Source of the DNA: an uncultured Nitriliruptorales bacterium
GTDB lineage: Bacteria; Actinomycetota; Nitriliruptoria; Nitriliruptorales; Nitriliruptoraceae
Assembly (NCBI GenBank): GCA_963783045.1
Contig: CAWAMD010000005.1
Coordinates: forward strand, 1,012,645-1,036,644
Direction of reading: 5' to 3'
DNA: 24,000 nucleotides
The translations under genes were made by a program, and so were the position numbers. Positions within the stretch are counted from its first letter, which is position 1. Every line of letters starts with the position of its first letter. Under the pieces are notes generated by a model that ran no database searches, had not been told where the DNA came from, and saw only the letters and a program-made list of their open reading frames with translations. Below are positions 1-8,610 of the stretch, piece by piece.

Positions 1-2940
1 GGCCCGGGTGGGGTGACCCGGGTCACCCGACCGTACTGGTCGTAGTCGAACCAGGTGGCGGCGTCACCTGGCCGCACGATGCGGTACACGAGGTCCTCGG
101 TCTGGTCGGGCGCGCCGCGGTGCACGGTGGTGGTGCAACCGGCGGTGTCGCACCCGACGACCGGCGACTGGCCGCTCTGGGTGTCGGTCAGGGTGTGCAG
201 GAACCCGGCGCCGGTGTAGTCGGCGGTGACCGTGTGGCCCTGCGGGTCGGTGATGGTGTCGGGGGCGTAGGGGTTGTCCCCGTCGTTGTAGGTGAAGGTC
301 TGCACCGCGCCGGTGGGGATCTGCACCGAGGTCAGGTTGTCGGTGGCGGTGTCGTAGCTGTAGGTGGTGGCCGCGCCGTTGGTGGCCACGGCGTCGGGGG
401 TGGTGTCGCTGGTCACGTTGCCGCGGCTGTCGTAGCTGCGTTCGCGGGTGCGGCCGGCGTCGTCGGTGACGGTGTGGACCTGGCCTCGCCGGTCGAACTG
501 GTAGACGGTGTGGTGGCCGGCCGGGTCGGTGACGGTGGTCTGCCAGGCCACCGAGTAGTCGAAGGCCCAGGTCGCCCGCTCGTCGGTGTTGCCGTTGGCG
601 GCCAGGGTGATGGTCGCGACCCGGCCGGTGTCGTCGTTGTCGAGCCGCCCGTCGCCGTTGTCGTCGACGTAGGTGATCTCGGTGACGGTCCCGTCGGGCG
701 CGGTCACGCGGGTGAGGAAGTCCGACCAGCCGTCGAAGTCGGTCGTGTGGCCGCCGACATCGGTCACCCCACCCAGGATCCAGGCGGCGTCTGGCGCGTC
801 GTAGAGGTAATCGACGGTGCGGCCACCGGTGAGGTCGTCGATCGAAATCGAGCAGGATGTGCTGGTAGGTGGACTGGTGGTAGTTGAACCGGTAGATGCG
901 GTACTGGGAGTCGACCATCTGGGTGATCTTGTCCCCGTCGGCGTTGTAGTCGAGGAAGTTCTGGTTGATCCCGGACCGGTCCTCGGTGTTGACCAGCAGC
1001 AGCGAGTCCTTGTTGAAGTGCCAGGTCTGTCCGGTCTTGCGGAACACGAGCTCGACCAGGTCGTCGTCGGTGTGGCGTTCGTCGCGCAGGTCGGCGGAGA
1101 TGCCGGGCGGGGAGTCGTAGATCCCGTCGCCGTCGGGGTCGGAGAACCGCAGGGTGCCGTAGGGGCTGCCGTGCAGGACCAGCGATCCGCCCTCCTCGAT
1201 GTAGAGCTTGGCGTAGGCGCTGGGGAACAGCGACCAGCGGAACCCGAGGTCGGTGGGCCGTTCGGCCTGCATCGAGTCGTAGAAGCGCTCCAGGGTGGCG
1301 GCCAGCCCGCGAGAGGCGACCGACAGGTCGGTCTCGGCCACGTGCAGGTTGCCGGAGGCCATGTTGACGGTCGCGCTCATCTCGGGCGAGAGCGGGAAGG
1401 TCTCGTAGCTCCAGCGGTCCTGGAGCCCCATCGGGTACTCCCACTCGAGGAACAGCCGTGGCTGCTGAGCCACGTCCGGATACTCGGAGGCGGCGAAGTC
1501 GACCCGCGCGGAGGTCGCCTCGTCGACCGGCCGCAGCTCGAACCCGGCATCGTCGGCGGCGTCGTCGTCGCTGTCGAGCCACGCCTGGACCTCGTCGGTG
1601 ACGTGCCACTCGCGCATCCCCGGAGCGGTGGCCGGCAGCGTGCTGGTGATCAGCCCGCCGGTGTCGCCGCCAGGGGTGTCCCACAGCGTGGCCGCGTCCG
1701 CATGCGTCCAGCTGGCCTCCGACTCGACCCAGCTGCGGGTCAGCGGATACAGACCCAGATCCTGGCCCGCCGGGTCGGCGACGCCGTTGAGCTGCGAGAG
1801 CCGCACGCTGGCCTGCATGAGCACCACAGGATGGTCGAACACGTCGCGTACGTCGAACTTGAGCGCCGCTCGGGTCGCCGACCCCCCGGAGCCGCCCGTC
1901 TGCAGGTACTGCCAGGTTCCGGTCGCCAGCCCCGGGTTGGCCGCGTCCAGGAACGCGTCACCGACCGACGCACCCCCGGTCACCTCCCCGGTGTTGTAGT
2001 AGTAGTCCGGGTTGTACAGGGTCGGGTCGACCACCACCGGCCATACCCGCTGTGGGGCGTCCAGCCAGTCCCCATCGACCTCCAGCTCGAGGGTGACCGT
2101 GCCCGCCTCGGTGTCCACGGTGCGGTAGGCCGCGGGCGTACGGTCACCCGCCGCATCGGTGAGATACGGCGACGGCAACAGCACCGCAGCATTCTGGCCC
2201 ACCCGAACCTGCAGTGTGCCGGCCGGCCCCGGCACGATCCGGCCGCGGCTCGACGACAGCCGCCAGCGGATCGGCTGGCCGGCCGCCTGCACGTCGGTCA
2301 GGATCAGCTCCTCCTTGAGTCCCTGCGGCAGCGCGGTCAGGCGCACGTCCACCCCGGCCAGCGCCCCGGCGTAGGTCGCCACCCCCTGCTCGGACAGGAC
2401 CATGGTCGCGTCGGCGCCCACCAGCTGGCTGGTGACCGTGGTGCCATCGCCCGGATCGAAGCTCACCACGCCCGCCAACGACTCCGGCAACGTCACGTCG
2501 TAGCCGGCCGCCGCCACCGTCGCGGCCACACCGGCCTGCTGCGCATGGCGCCGGCCGGTCACACTCTGCACCGGCGGGACCAGCCGGCTGTCGATCGGCT
2601 GCCACCGGCCCTGCCCGTCGCGGTAGTGGATCGGGCCAGCGAACACCTCGGTGCGCATCGTCCCGTCCGCCATCCGCGTCGTACGCGAGTTCACCGTCCG
2701 CGAACGCACAGACTCACCGGCCGGCGCCGGCTCCGGCCGACGGGCGTTGGCCGACGTGCCCTGATCGCTCGACGGGGGCGGCCCGGTCACCATCGGCCCC
2801 GGCTCATGCACATCCGCGACCACGGGCCGAGCCCCCACCCGAGCAAGAGCGGCGCTCGCAGGAGCCGTCCCCCCCGCCAGCAGCGCCAGCACCGACAGCC
2901 CGGCAACAACGATCCGGACATGCGCGACTACCATCCGCAT
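1..2940 (-). pseudogene. Secreted DNRLRE-domain / RHS (YD-repeat) protein, 5' ~1000 codons; apparent 1-nt frameshift near 840; 3' end (toxin tip) lies beyond the left edge
   Basis: ATG at 2940 is preceded by GGAGGGG (complement of 2946-2952). N-terminal signal peptide MRMVVAHVRIVVAGLSVLALLAGGTAPASAALA. Central DNRLRE-like module (ATRAALKFDV..., LGLYPLTRSWVESEASW, FELRPVDE). Then YD/RHS repeats (YRIYRFNY, VDYLYD, VYQFDRRGQVHTVTDDAGRTRERSYDSRGN, WFDYDQYGRVTRV). The tracked ORF 64..2940 degenerates into Arg/Pro-rich nonsense right after ...YQHILLDFD (~841). The repeat sequence continues without stops to position 1 in the frame offset by one nt (DDLTGGRTVDYLYDAPDAAWILGGVTDVGGHTTDFDGW...), as I translated by hand. 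Confidence 0.8.
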
Positions 2941-3113
2941 GGCAACCCCTCCGCACGCGGGTCCCCCGTGGACACCGGACGCGCGCTACGGTCACCCCAG
3001 CACCGACCGCGGTCAGCCGCCATGGCCCGTAAGAACCGGAAACCTCCTCCTGTTTCGCCATCGCAAACCCCGGTCCGCGCCACTAGCACGCCCAAACCGG
3101 CGCCGGAGCCGGA

Positions 3114-3356
3114 TCACCGCCGGCGCCGCCACACATCACCCACTCGGGCGGATCGCCTCCGCGACGCCGTCGTCCCCCAATGGACGGTGCGGCGGAGGGT
3201 CGTCACGAGGTATTCAGTGTCGGGCGGCAGCACCCGCTGAGCGAGACGGATGGCGGCCTGCTTGCTGGTGGTGCTGCCGTATTCGCGGGTGGTCGGTGAC
3301 GGGGCGTTCTCCCGCCGGGTCGGGTCGGTCCAGGACACGACGAAGTAGGTGGTCAT
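3114..3356 (-). CDS. Small hypothetical protein (80 aa) translationally coupled to the upstream Xis-like gene
   Basis: Its ATG (3356) overlaps the TGA of the Xis-like gene (ATGA overlap at 3353-3356). The first ~60 aa look protein-like (MTTYFVVSWTDPTRRENAPSPTTREYGSTTSKQAAIRLAQRVLPPDTEYLVTTL). The Arg-rich tail (ASRRRSARVGDVWRRRR) looks like out-of-frame read-through, so the 3' end is uncertain. I recognise no family. Confidence 0.35.
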   Translation of the reverse strand: MTTYFVVSWTDPTRRENAPSPTTREYGSTTSKQAAIRLAQRVLPPDTEYLVTTLRRTVHWGTTASRRRSARVGDVWRRRR

Positions 3357-3640
3357 CGGCCGGCCTGGCCGGTCCCGTCGGCGGCGCCGCGGTGGGTCTG
3401 GCCGCCGTCGGTGGCGTGTGGGGTGGGATCGAGGCCGAGCATGCGGTGCAGGTGTGCGGTGGGGACGAGGATGCGGCGGCCGAGGCGGATGGTGGGGATG
3501 TGGCCGGCGGCCGCGGCGCGGTAGGCGGCCCGGCGGGAGACGCCGAGCAGGACGCCGACCTGTTCGACGGTCACGGTCGCCGCCTGCGGAGCGGGTGACG
3601 GCGACGGGGTGGGGCTGTCGGGGTCGGTGGGGTCGGGCAT
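3353..3640 (-). CDS. Excisionase-family (Xis/MerR-like, HTH_17-type) DNA-binding protein, copy 1
   Basis: Core TVEQVGVLLGVSRRAAYRAAAAGHIPTIRLGRRILVPTAHLHRMLG is typical of excisionase-family HTH proteins. I place the start at ATG 3640 (MPDPTDPDSP...) because GGAG lies 6 nt upstream (complement of 3647-3650). The tracked ORF start at 3802 adds 54 implausible residues. Confidence 0.75.
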   Translation of the reverse strand: MPDPTDPDSPTPSPSPAPQAATVTVEQVGVLLGVSRRAAYRAAAAGHIPTIRLGRRILVPTAHLHRMLGLDPTPHATDGGQTHRGAADGTGQAGR

Positions 3641-3648
3641 GGTGGGCT

Positions 3649-3674
3649 CCTTGACGAGGCGGTTGGCGTCAAGG
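3649..3674. repeat. Perfect 8-bp inverted repeat CCTTGACG-N10-CGTCAAGG abutting the RBS of Xis-like copy 1
   Basis: Read directly: ccttgacg at 3649-3656 and cgtcaagg at 3667-3674. Possible operator or 5'-UTR hairpin. Function is inferred only. Confidence 0.6.
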
Positions 3675-3779
3675 GAGTCCCACACGGGCAGCGCCGGTTG
3701 TGACGGCGTGTGCCACGGCCGTCCGGTAGCCGCACATCGACCGTCGAAGTTGCCGACGGTTTGCGATCGGTCTGAGGGG

Positions 3780-3945
3780 GCATGGCCGTCAGCACCTGAC
3801 ACGTGCTGACAGCCGACGACACCAGATACCTCTACAATGCCTGCTAGAACCGTCTAGCTGCCAGAATCGACGCTCGACAGACGCCCTGTCAGTGCCCATG
3901 CTGCCCGCATGCATGACGAACACAGACTGTCACTGCAGTGCCCGA
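3780..3945. other. Candidate oriT / relaxosome-binding region upstream of the relaxase (locally less GC-rich, dense in inverted and direct repeats)
   Basis: IR GTCAGCAC-N7-GTGCTGAC (3788-3795 / 3803-3810). IR GCTAGA-N4-TCTAGC (3843-3848 / 3853-3858). IR GACAG-N5-CTGTC (3876-3890). Perfect 10-bp palindrome CACTGCAGTG (3931-3940). Direct repeat CTGTC-AGTGCCC (3886-3897), repeated as CTGTC-actgc-AGTGCCC (3927-3943). Position directly 5' of a MobF relaxase fits an oriT. I cannot identify a nic site. Confidence 0.3.
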
Positions 3946-4030
3946 CCAGCGCGCAGCATCGCCCCGGCAACGGCCTCACAAGCGGTCCCGCGGCCGCCCC
4001 GGGCGGCCTCACCGCGGGACGGCTCGGCTG

Positions 4031-7000
4031 ATGCTCAATATCGGCAAGATGGGGCCCGGCTCGGAGGACTACTACCTCTCCCTGACCGTCGACCGGGCCG
4101 AGGACTACTACCTGAGGCGGGGTGAGGCACCGGGCCGGTGGATCGGCCGCGGCCTCGAGCCAGTCGGGCTCGACGGCGAGGTCGACGGCGACGCGCTGAA
4201 GGCCGTGCTCGCCGGGAACCACCCCGCGACCGGAGAGCGGTTGGCGTCGCATCCGGCGCGGAAGGTGCCGGGGTTCGATCTGACGTTTCGGGCGCCGAAG
4301 TCCGTGTCGCTCGCCTGGGCGTTCACCGACCCTGCCACCGCCGACGAGATCCTGGCCGCGCACGAAGCCGCGGTCGAGGCAGCTGTCGGGTACGTCGAGG
4401 AGCATGCGGCCCGGACCCGCCGGGGTGCCGGGGGGACCGAACGGGTCGAGGTCGACGGGCTGGTCGTCGCGGCGTTTCCGCATCGCACGTCGCGGGCGGG
4501 GGATCCGTTGCTGCACACCCACGTGCTCGTGGCCAACCTCGCCCGCACCACGGATGACGGGAAGTGGCGGACGCTGGAGTCGCGCCGGATCTTCCTGCAC
4601 GCCAAGACCGCCGGGGTCCTCTACCAGGCTCACCTGCGTCACGAACTCACCACCCGGCTCGGTCTGCGGTGGGGTCCGGTCACCAACGGCTACGCGGACA
4701 TCGACGGGATTGACCGGCAGCTCATCGACGCGTTCTCCCAGCGGCGGCAGCAGATCGTGGAGCGGATGGCCGAGCGCGGCGAGTCGTCTGCGAAGGCCGC
4801 GCAGGTCGCCACCCTCGAGACCCGTACCCCCAAAGGCGTCCAGCCGACCAAGCCCGAGCTGCGCGCCCGGTGGGCCGGGCAGGCCCAGGCCCGCGGCTAC
4901 GACCCCCGGCAGGTCGCCGACCTGCTCGGTCGCCATCAGGCCCGAGAGGCGGATCTCGACGGGCTGGTCGGTGAGCTGGTCGACGGTGAGGCGCTGACCG
5001 AGCATGTCTCGACGTTCGCCCGCCGGGACCTGCTCCAGGCAGTCGCGGAGCGGCTGCCCGACGGCGCCCCTGTCGAGCAGGTCGAGACGCTGGCCGACGC
5101 GGTGGTCGAGGCCGGCCGGGAGGAGCTGGTCGCCCTCGGGGCGCGTCGTGGGCAGCTGTCCTCGGTAGACGCGATCCGCACCTCGGACGGACGGATCATC
5201 GCGGGTGACGAGGTGGAGCCGCGGATGACCACCCGCCGGCTGCTGTTGGCCGAGCAGCACGCCATCAACACCGCTGTCACCCGTCAACGACAAGGCGTCG
5301 CGGTGGTCGACCCCGCCACGGTGAAAGCGGTGCTGGCCGCCCGGCCGTCGATGACCGGCGAGCAGGCCGCCATGCTCCGACGCCTCACCCGCGACGGCGA
5401 CGGCGTCACCGTGGTGGTGGGCCGGGCGGGGACCGGCAAGACCTTCACCCTCGATGCGGCACGAGACGCGTGGAGCCGTGCCGGCATCGACGTCCACGGC
5501 GTCGCCCTGGCCGCCCGCGCCGCCCGCGAGGCTCGAAGAGGCCTCGGGGATCGCGTCGTCGACGATCCACCGGCTGCTCCACCAGATCGAGGTCGGCCCC
5601 GGCTCCCCGATGCGGCCGGGATCGGTGCTGGTCGTAGACGAGGCGGGGATGGTCGGCACCCGCCAGCTCGCACGGCTCCTCCACCACGCCCACGAGCAGC
5701 AGGTAAAGGTCGTCCTCGTCGGCGACCCGAAGCAGCTCCCGGAGATCGACGCGGGCGGGCTGTTCGGGCACCTCACCCGCCGGCTCGACGCCATTGAACT
5801 CACCGACAACCGCCGCCAGTCCGCTCGGTGGGAGGTCGAGGCGCTCGATCGGCTCCGCCACGGCGACCCCGCCGACGCCCTCCACCTCTACCACACCCAC
5901 GGACGGGTCGTGACCGCCGACACCGCCGAGAGCCTTCGAGAGCAGCTCGTGTCGGACTGGTGGCACGCCCGCGACCAGGTCGGCGCGGAGGAGGCCGTGA
6001 TGATCGCGTTCCGCCAAGCCGACGTCGACGACCTCAACGACCGTGCCCGGCTCCGTATGGACGCCACCGGGCAGCTCACCGGCCGGACGCTGGAGGTCGG
6101 CGGCCGCGAGTTCCGTTCCGGCGACCGCGTCCTGTGTCTCAAGAACGACCGGCGGCTCGGAGTGGTCAACGGGACCTTCGCGCAGGTGGCCGCGATCGAC
6201 GGCCGCGGGCTGCTCGTCACCGACGACCAGGGCGGGCTGCTCCGGCTCCCGCGGGCATACCTCGAAGCGGGCCATGTCACGCACGGGTACGCGATCACCG
6301 GGCACAAGGCCCAGGGGTTGACGGTCGATCACGGGTTCGTGCTCGGCTCCGACACGCTCTACCGCGAATGGGGCTACGTCGCGCTCTCCCGCGGACGCGA
6401 GTCCAACCGGCTCTACGTGCACGCCGCCGCCACCGACCCCCACGACATCACCCACGGCCGACAGGCAGAACCCGACCCCCACCAGGAAACCCTCGCCGGA
6501 CTGCGACGCTCCGCCGCACAGACCCCCGCGGTCGACTTCCTCCAACTCGACTCACAAGAAGAGCTGCAGCTCGCCATCGAACGCCGAGGCCTCGCGAGGC
6601 AAATCGACTACTACCACGCCCGCCGGACCGACCTGCTCGAACGCCACGCCGAGCTGGAGCAGCGCATCGCCCGGATCGAGTCCGACACGACACGCCTCGA
6701 GGACCGTCGCGACCAACTGGGCGGGATCGGCAGGTTGCGCCGGACGTTCGCGACGAGATCACCGACCTCGACCGGCGACTCGCCACCAACCGGCACAGCC
6801 TCGACGACACCACCCGCGATCTGGCGTCGGTCCATCGGCAGCTTGACGAGCTCGCGCCCGACCAGCAGGTCCGCACCTGGCGACGCCAGCTCTCGGCTGT
6901 CGAGCGGCGCATCGAACGCGCCGCCGAAACCCGCACCCGGCGAGCGGTCCGGCAGCCTCCCCGCTACATCCTCACCTCCATCGGCGGACCGCCCACAGAC

Positions 7001-7237
7001 GAGCAAGGCCGCCGCTGCTGGGCCGAGGCGGTGCGCACCGTCGAGTCCTACCGGGTCCGGTTCGGCATCACCAACCAGTCCCACCCGCTCGGCCACCCCG
7101 GCGCCGACCCCGGACAACGTGACCAGCGTCGCGCGGCGATCCGCGCCCTCACCGAAGCGCTCCCGCACGGCTGGCAGCTCGACCACCACCCGGTCCGCGA
7201 ACGCAGCCGAACCCTCGGACGCAGCCTCACACGCTGA
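4031..7237 (+). pseudogene. MobF/TrwC-TraA-type conjugative relaxase with C-terminal RecD-like helicase; interrupted by two single-nt frameshifts (~5531 and ~6730-6745)
   Basis: Start MLNIGKMGPGSEDYYLSLTVDRAEDYYL gives the tyrosine-rich TrwC N-terminus. His triad FPHRTSRAGDPLLHTHVLVANL. Walker A VVVGRAGTGKTFTL, Walker B VLVVDEAGMV, and helicase C-terminal motifs (GYAITGHKAQGLTVD, WGYVALSRGRESNRLYV). The reading frame runs in frame 2 up to ...ALAARAARE (5530). It switches to frame 0 for LEEASGIASSTIHRLL...DRRDQLGGIG. It returns to frame 2 for ...PDVRDEITDLDRRLATN...GWQLDHHPVRERSRTLGRSLTR* (stop at 7235-7237). Confidence 0.88.
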
Positions 7238-7422
7238 CCGCCATCCACAGGCATCGCGACCCTCCCTGTCACACCGGACCCCCGATTCGGGCCCTCTATT
7301 GACGGAGGGAGAACCACGCGCACCCGCCGCGGCCGCTGACCATCCGGACCAACCCGATGTCACAAACGAGGACGCCCGGTGCGGACTCCCTCCATGGAAG
7401 CACCGATGCCAGGAGGAACGAC

Positions 7423-7626
7423 ATGGACTACCAATCGCTACCCGCCACCCTCACCGTCGAACAGGCCGCCGAGATCCTCGGGATCAGCAGAAGCTCCGCC
7501 TACCGCGCCGTCGCCCGCGGCGAGATCCCCGTCATCCGCATCGGCCGACGGATCCTCGTCCCCACCGCCAAGTTCCTCGCCATGCTCGGCGTCCAAACGG
7601 GCACGAACGAGGGCGCGGTTGCCTGA
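7423..7626 (+). CDS. Excisionase-family (Xis/MerR-like, HTH_17-type) DNA-binding protein, copy 2
   Basis: MDYQSLPATLTVEQAAEILGISRSSAYRAVARGEIPVIRIGRRILVPTAKFLAMLG... ATG 7423 is preceded by AGGAGG (7411-7416). The tracked start 7357 lacks any RBS. By hand count 31 of 48 aligned core residues are identical to copy 1. Confidence 0.78.
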   Translation: MDYQSLPATLTVEQAAEILGISRSSAYRAVARGEIPVIRIGRRILVPTAKFLAMLGVQTGTNEGAVA

Positions 7627-7670
7627 CCGGGATGCACGGGCTCCCGACGCGTCCGCGCTGCAGCAGAGGC

Positions 7671-8038
7671 TCACGAACGGCCGGGGTCGAACTCACGGAT
7701 GCGATCGGAGCGCACCACCCACAGGTGGCGATCGAGGTCCTGGTATCCAGGCCTGCGAGGAGGGTCTCGACCGCTTCGTCGAGGTCCTTACGCGTGGGGT
7801 ACGCCGGTACCCGCAGCACCGCGATCCCCGCCGACTCCGTCGGGTCGAAGCGCATCGGGTTCGAGAAGTCGAGGTCCAACGTGATGAGCGCTCGCCGTTC
7901 GAGCACGCACGCCTCGAAGATCGTTCGGTCGTCGGCGGCGGCGAGTCCCTCGTCGTGGACCGTGGCAACATCGTGTCCGGCGTCCCGACACCGCTGCTCG
8001 ACCCATCGCCCGAGGTTCTCATCGAGCTTCAGCCTCAT
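7671..8038 (-). pseudogene. DUF5615-family (PIN-like/Mut7-C-type) putative toxin, apparent 1-nt frameshift near 7745-7750
   Basis: MRLKLDENLGRWVEQRCRDAGHDVATVHDEGLAAADDRTIFEACVLERRALITLDLDFSN... matches my recollection of DUF5615 proteins. After ...VETLLAGL the tracked frame gives TRTSIATCGWCAPI... and runs on to 7532. The adjacent frame gives YQDLDRHLWVVRSDRIREFDPGRS* (stop at 7671-7673), the expected family C-terminus, for a ~122-aa product. Its ATG (8038) overlaps the DUF433 stop (ATGA). Confidence 0.65.
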
Positions 8039-8280
8039 GACACCGGTTCGGCCAGGTCCACGAAACGGCCATCGGCGAGCTTGGCGCCGTACGCGATGCA
8101 TGCCCGTACGTCCGCCTCGTCGAGCTGCGGGTACTCCCCCAGCACGTCGTCGACGCTCATCCCTTCGGCCAGCAGCCCGAGGACCAACGAAACCCAGATG
8201 CGATGGCCACGGACGCACGGCTTCCCACCGCAGACCTGGGGATCCACGGTGATGCGCTCCAGGAGCTGGTCCGGCGTCAT
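8035..8280 (-). CDS. DUF433-domain protein (putative antitoxin partner of DUF5615)
   Basis: 81 aa, MTPDQLLERITVDPQVCGGKPCVRGHRIWVSLVLGLLAEGMSVDDVLGEYPQLDEADVRACIAYG is the characteristic DUF433 pattern (CGGKPCIRGTRI-like). It sits upstream of, and overlaps by 4 nt, the DUF5615 gene. Confidence 0.85.
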   Translation of the reverse strand: MTPDQLLERITVDPQVCGGKPCVRGHRIWVSLVLGLLAEGMSVDDVLGEYPQLDEADVRACIAYGAKLADGRFVDLAEPVS

Positions 8281-8446
8281 ACCCCCAGTCTACGGACGTC
8301 CTCCGCAGGGCGGGAGCCACATCCGACCGGGCGCGAGCCATGGACCGCACCCTCGTCCGCCCGAGTCATCCACACCCGAGCACACGGTTCGTCCGCGGCC
8401 GTCGGTGGAGACAGCCACGATCGAGGATCGAGAGGAGCAGCGATGA

Positions 8447-8604
8447 AGGGCCACGTCAGAGGCGCTGTCCGACGTGGAAGGAATCCTTCACCGACTGGCC
8501 ACTCGAGTGTTGCGATCACCCTCGACACCTACAGCCACGTCCTGCCGACCGCCGACGAGCACATCGCCCACACGCTCGCGAGCGTCATCCTGGACGCTGA
8601 GTGA
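8447..8604 (+). pseudogene. 3'-terminal stub of a tyrosine recombinase/integrase
   Basis: 8497-8604 encodes GHSSVAITLDTYSHVLPTADEHIAHTLASVILDAE*, the conserved integrase C-terminus with the catalytic-Tyr motif (LGHSS..TLDTYSH). Just upstream the neighbouring frame reads ...LSDVEGILHRL, which would join as ILHRLGHSS if one nt were restored at ~8497. That frame is closed by TGA at 8444. No N-terminal or core-binding domain is present anywhere upstream. Confidence 0.6.
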
Positions 8605-8610
8605 CCGTTT

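Noticed and set aside
817-3240. 807-aa + strand ORF (and 120..887 +, 764..1684 -)
   Set aside because: They are antisense or out of frame relative to the RHS gene. The composition is low complexity with no motifs.
3641-3802. N-terminal 54-aa extension of the Xis-like ORF (tracked start 3802)
   Set aside because: The internal ATG 3640 has a properly spaced GGAG and yields a typical ~95-aa excisionase-family protein. The extension lacks an RBS and covers the repeat-rich regulatory spacer.
3938-4030. N-terminal extension of the relaxase ORF (tracked start 3938)
   Set aside because: TrwC-family relaxases begin with an MLxI/V...YY motif, matching ATG 4031. The extension is Arg/Pro-rich and covers the GC-rich hairpin at 3986-4019.
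3854-5809. 651-aa ORF on the - strand
   Set aside because: It is antisense to the relaxase, whose + strand translation carries unmistakable TrwC/helicase motifs. The minus-strand product is Arg/Gly/Pro-rich nonsense.
5528-6745. Programmed ribosomal frameshifting as the explanation for the relaxase frame changes
   Set aside because: No slippery heptamer (X XXY YYZ) or obvious downstream pseudoknot is present at either site. Two opposite-sign recoding events in one gene would be unprecedented, so mutation or assembly error is far more likely.
6745-8252. Long tail of tracked ORF 5454..8252 (Ser/Pro/Arg/Thr-rich) reading through the xis-like and TA genes
   Set aside because: After ~6740 the real relaxase C-terminus continues in another frame and stops at 7237. 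The tail has no protein-like composition and overlaps better-supported genes.
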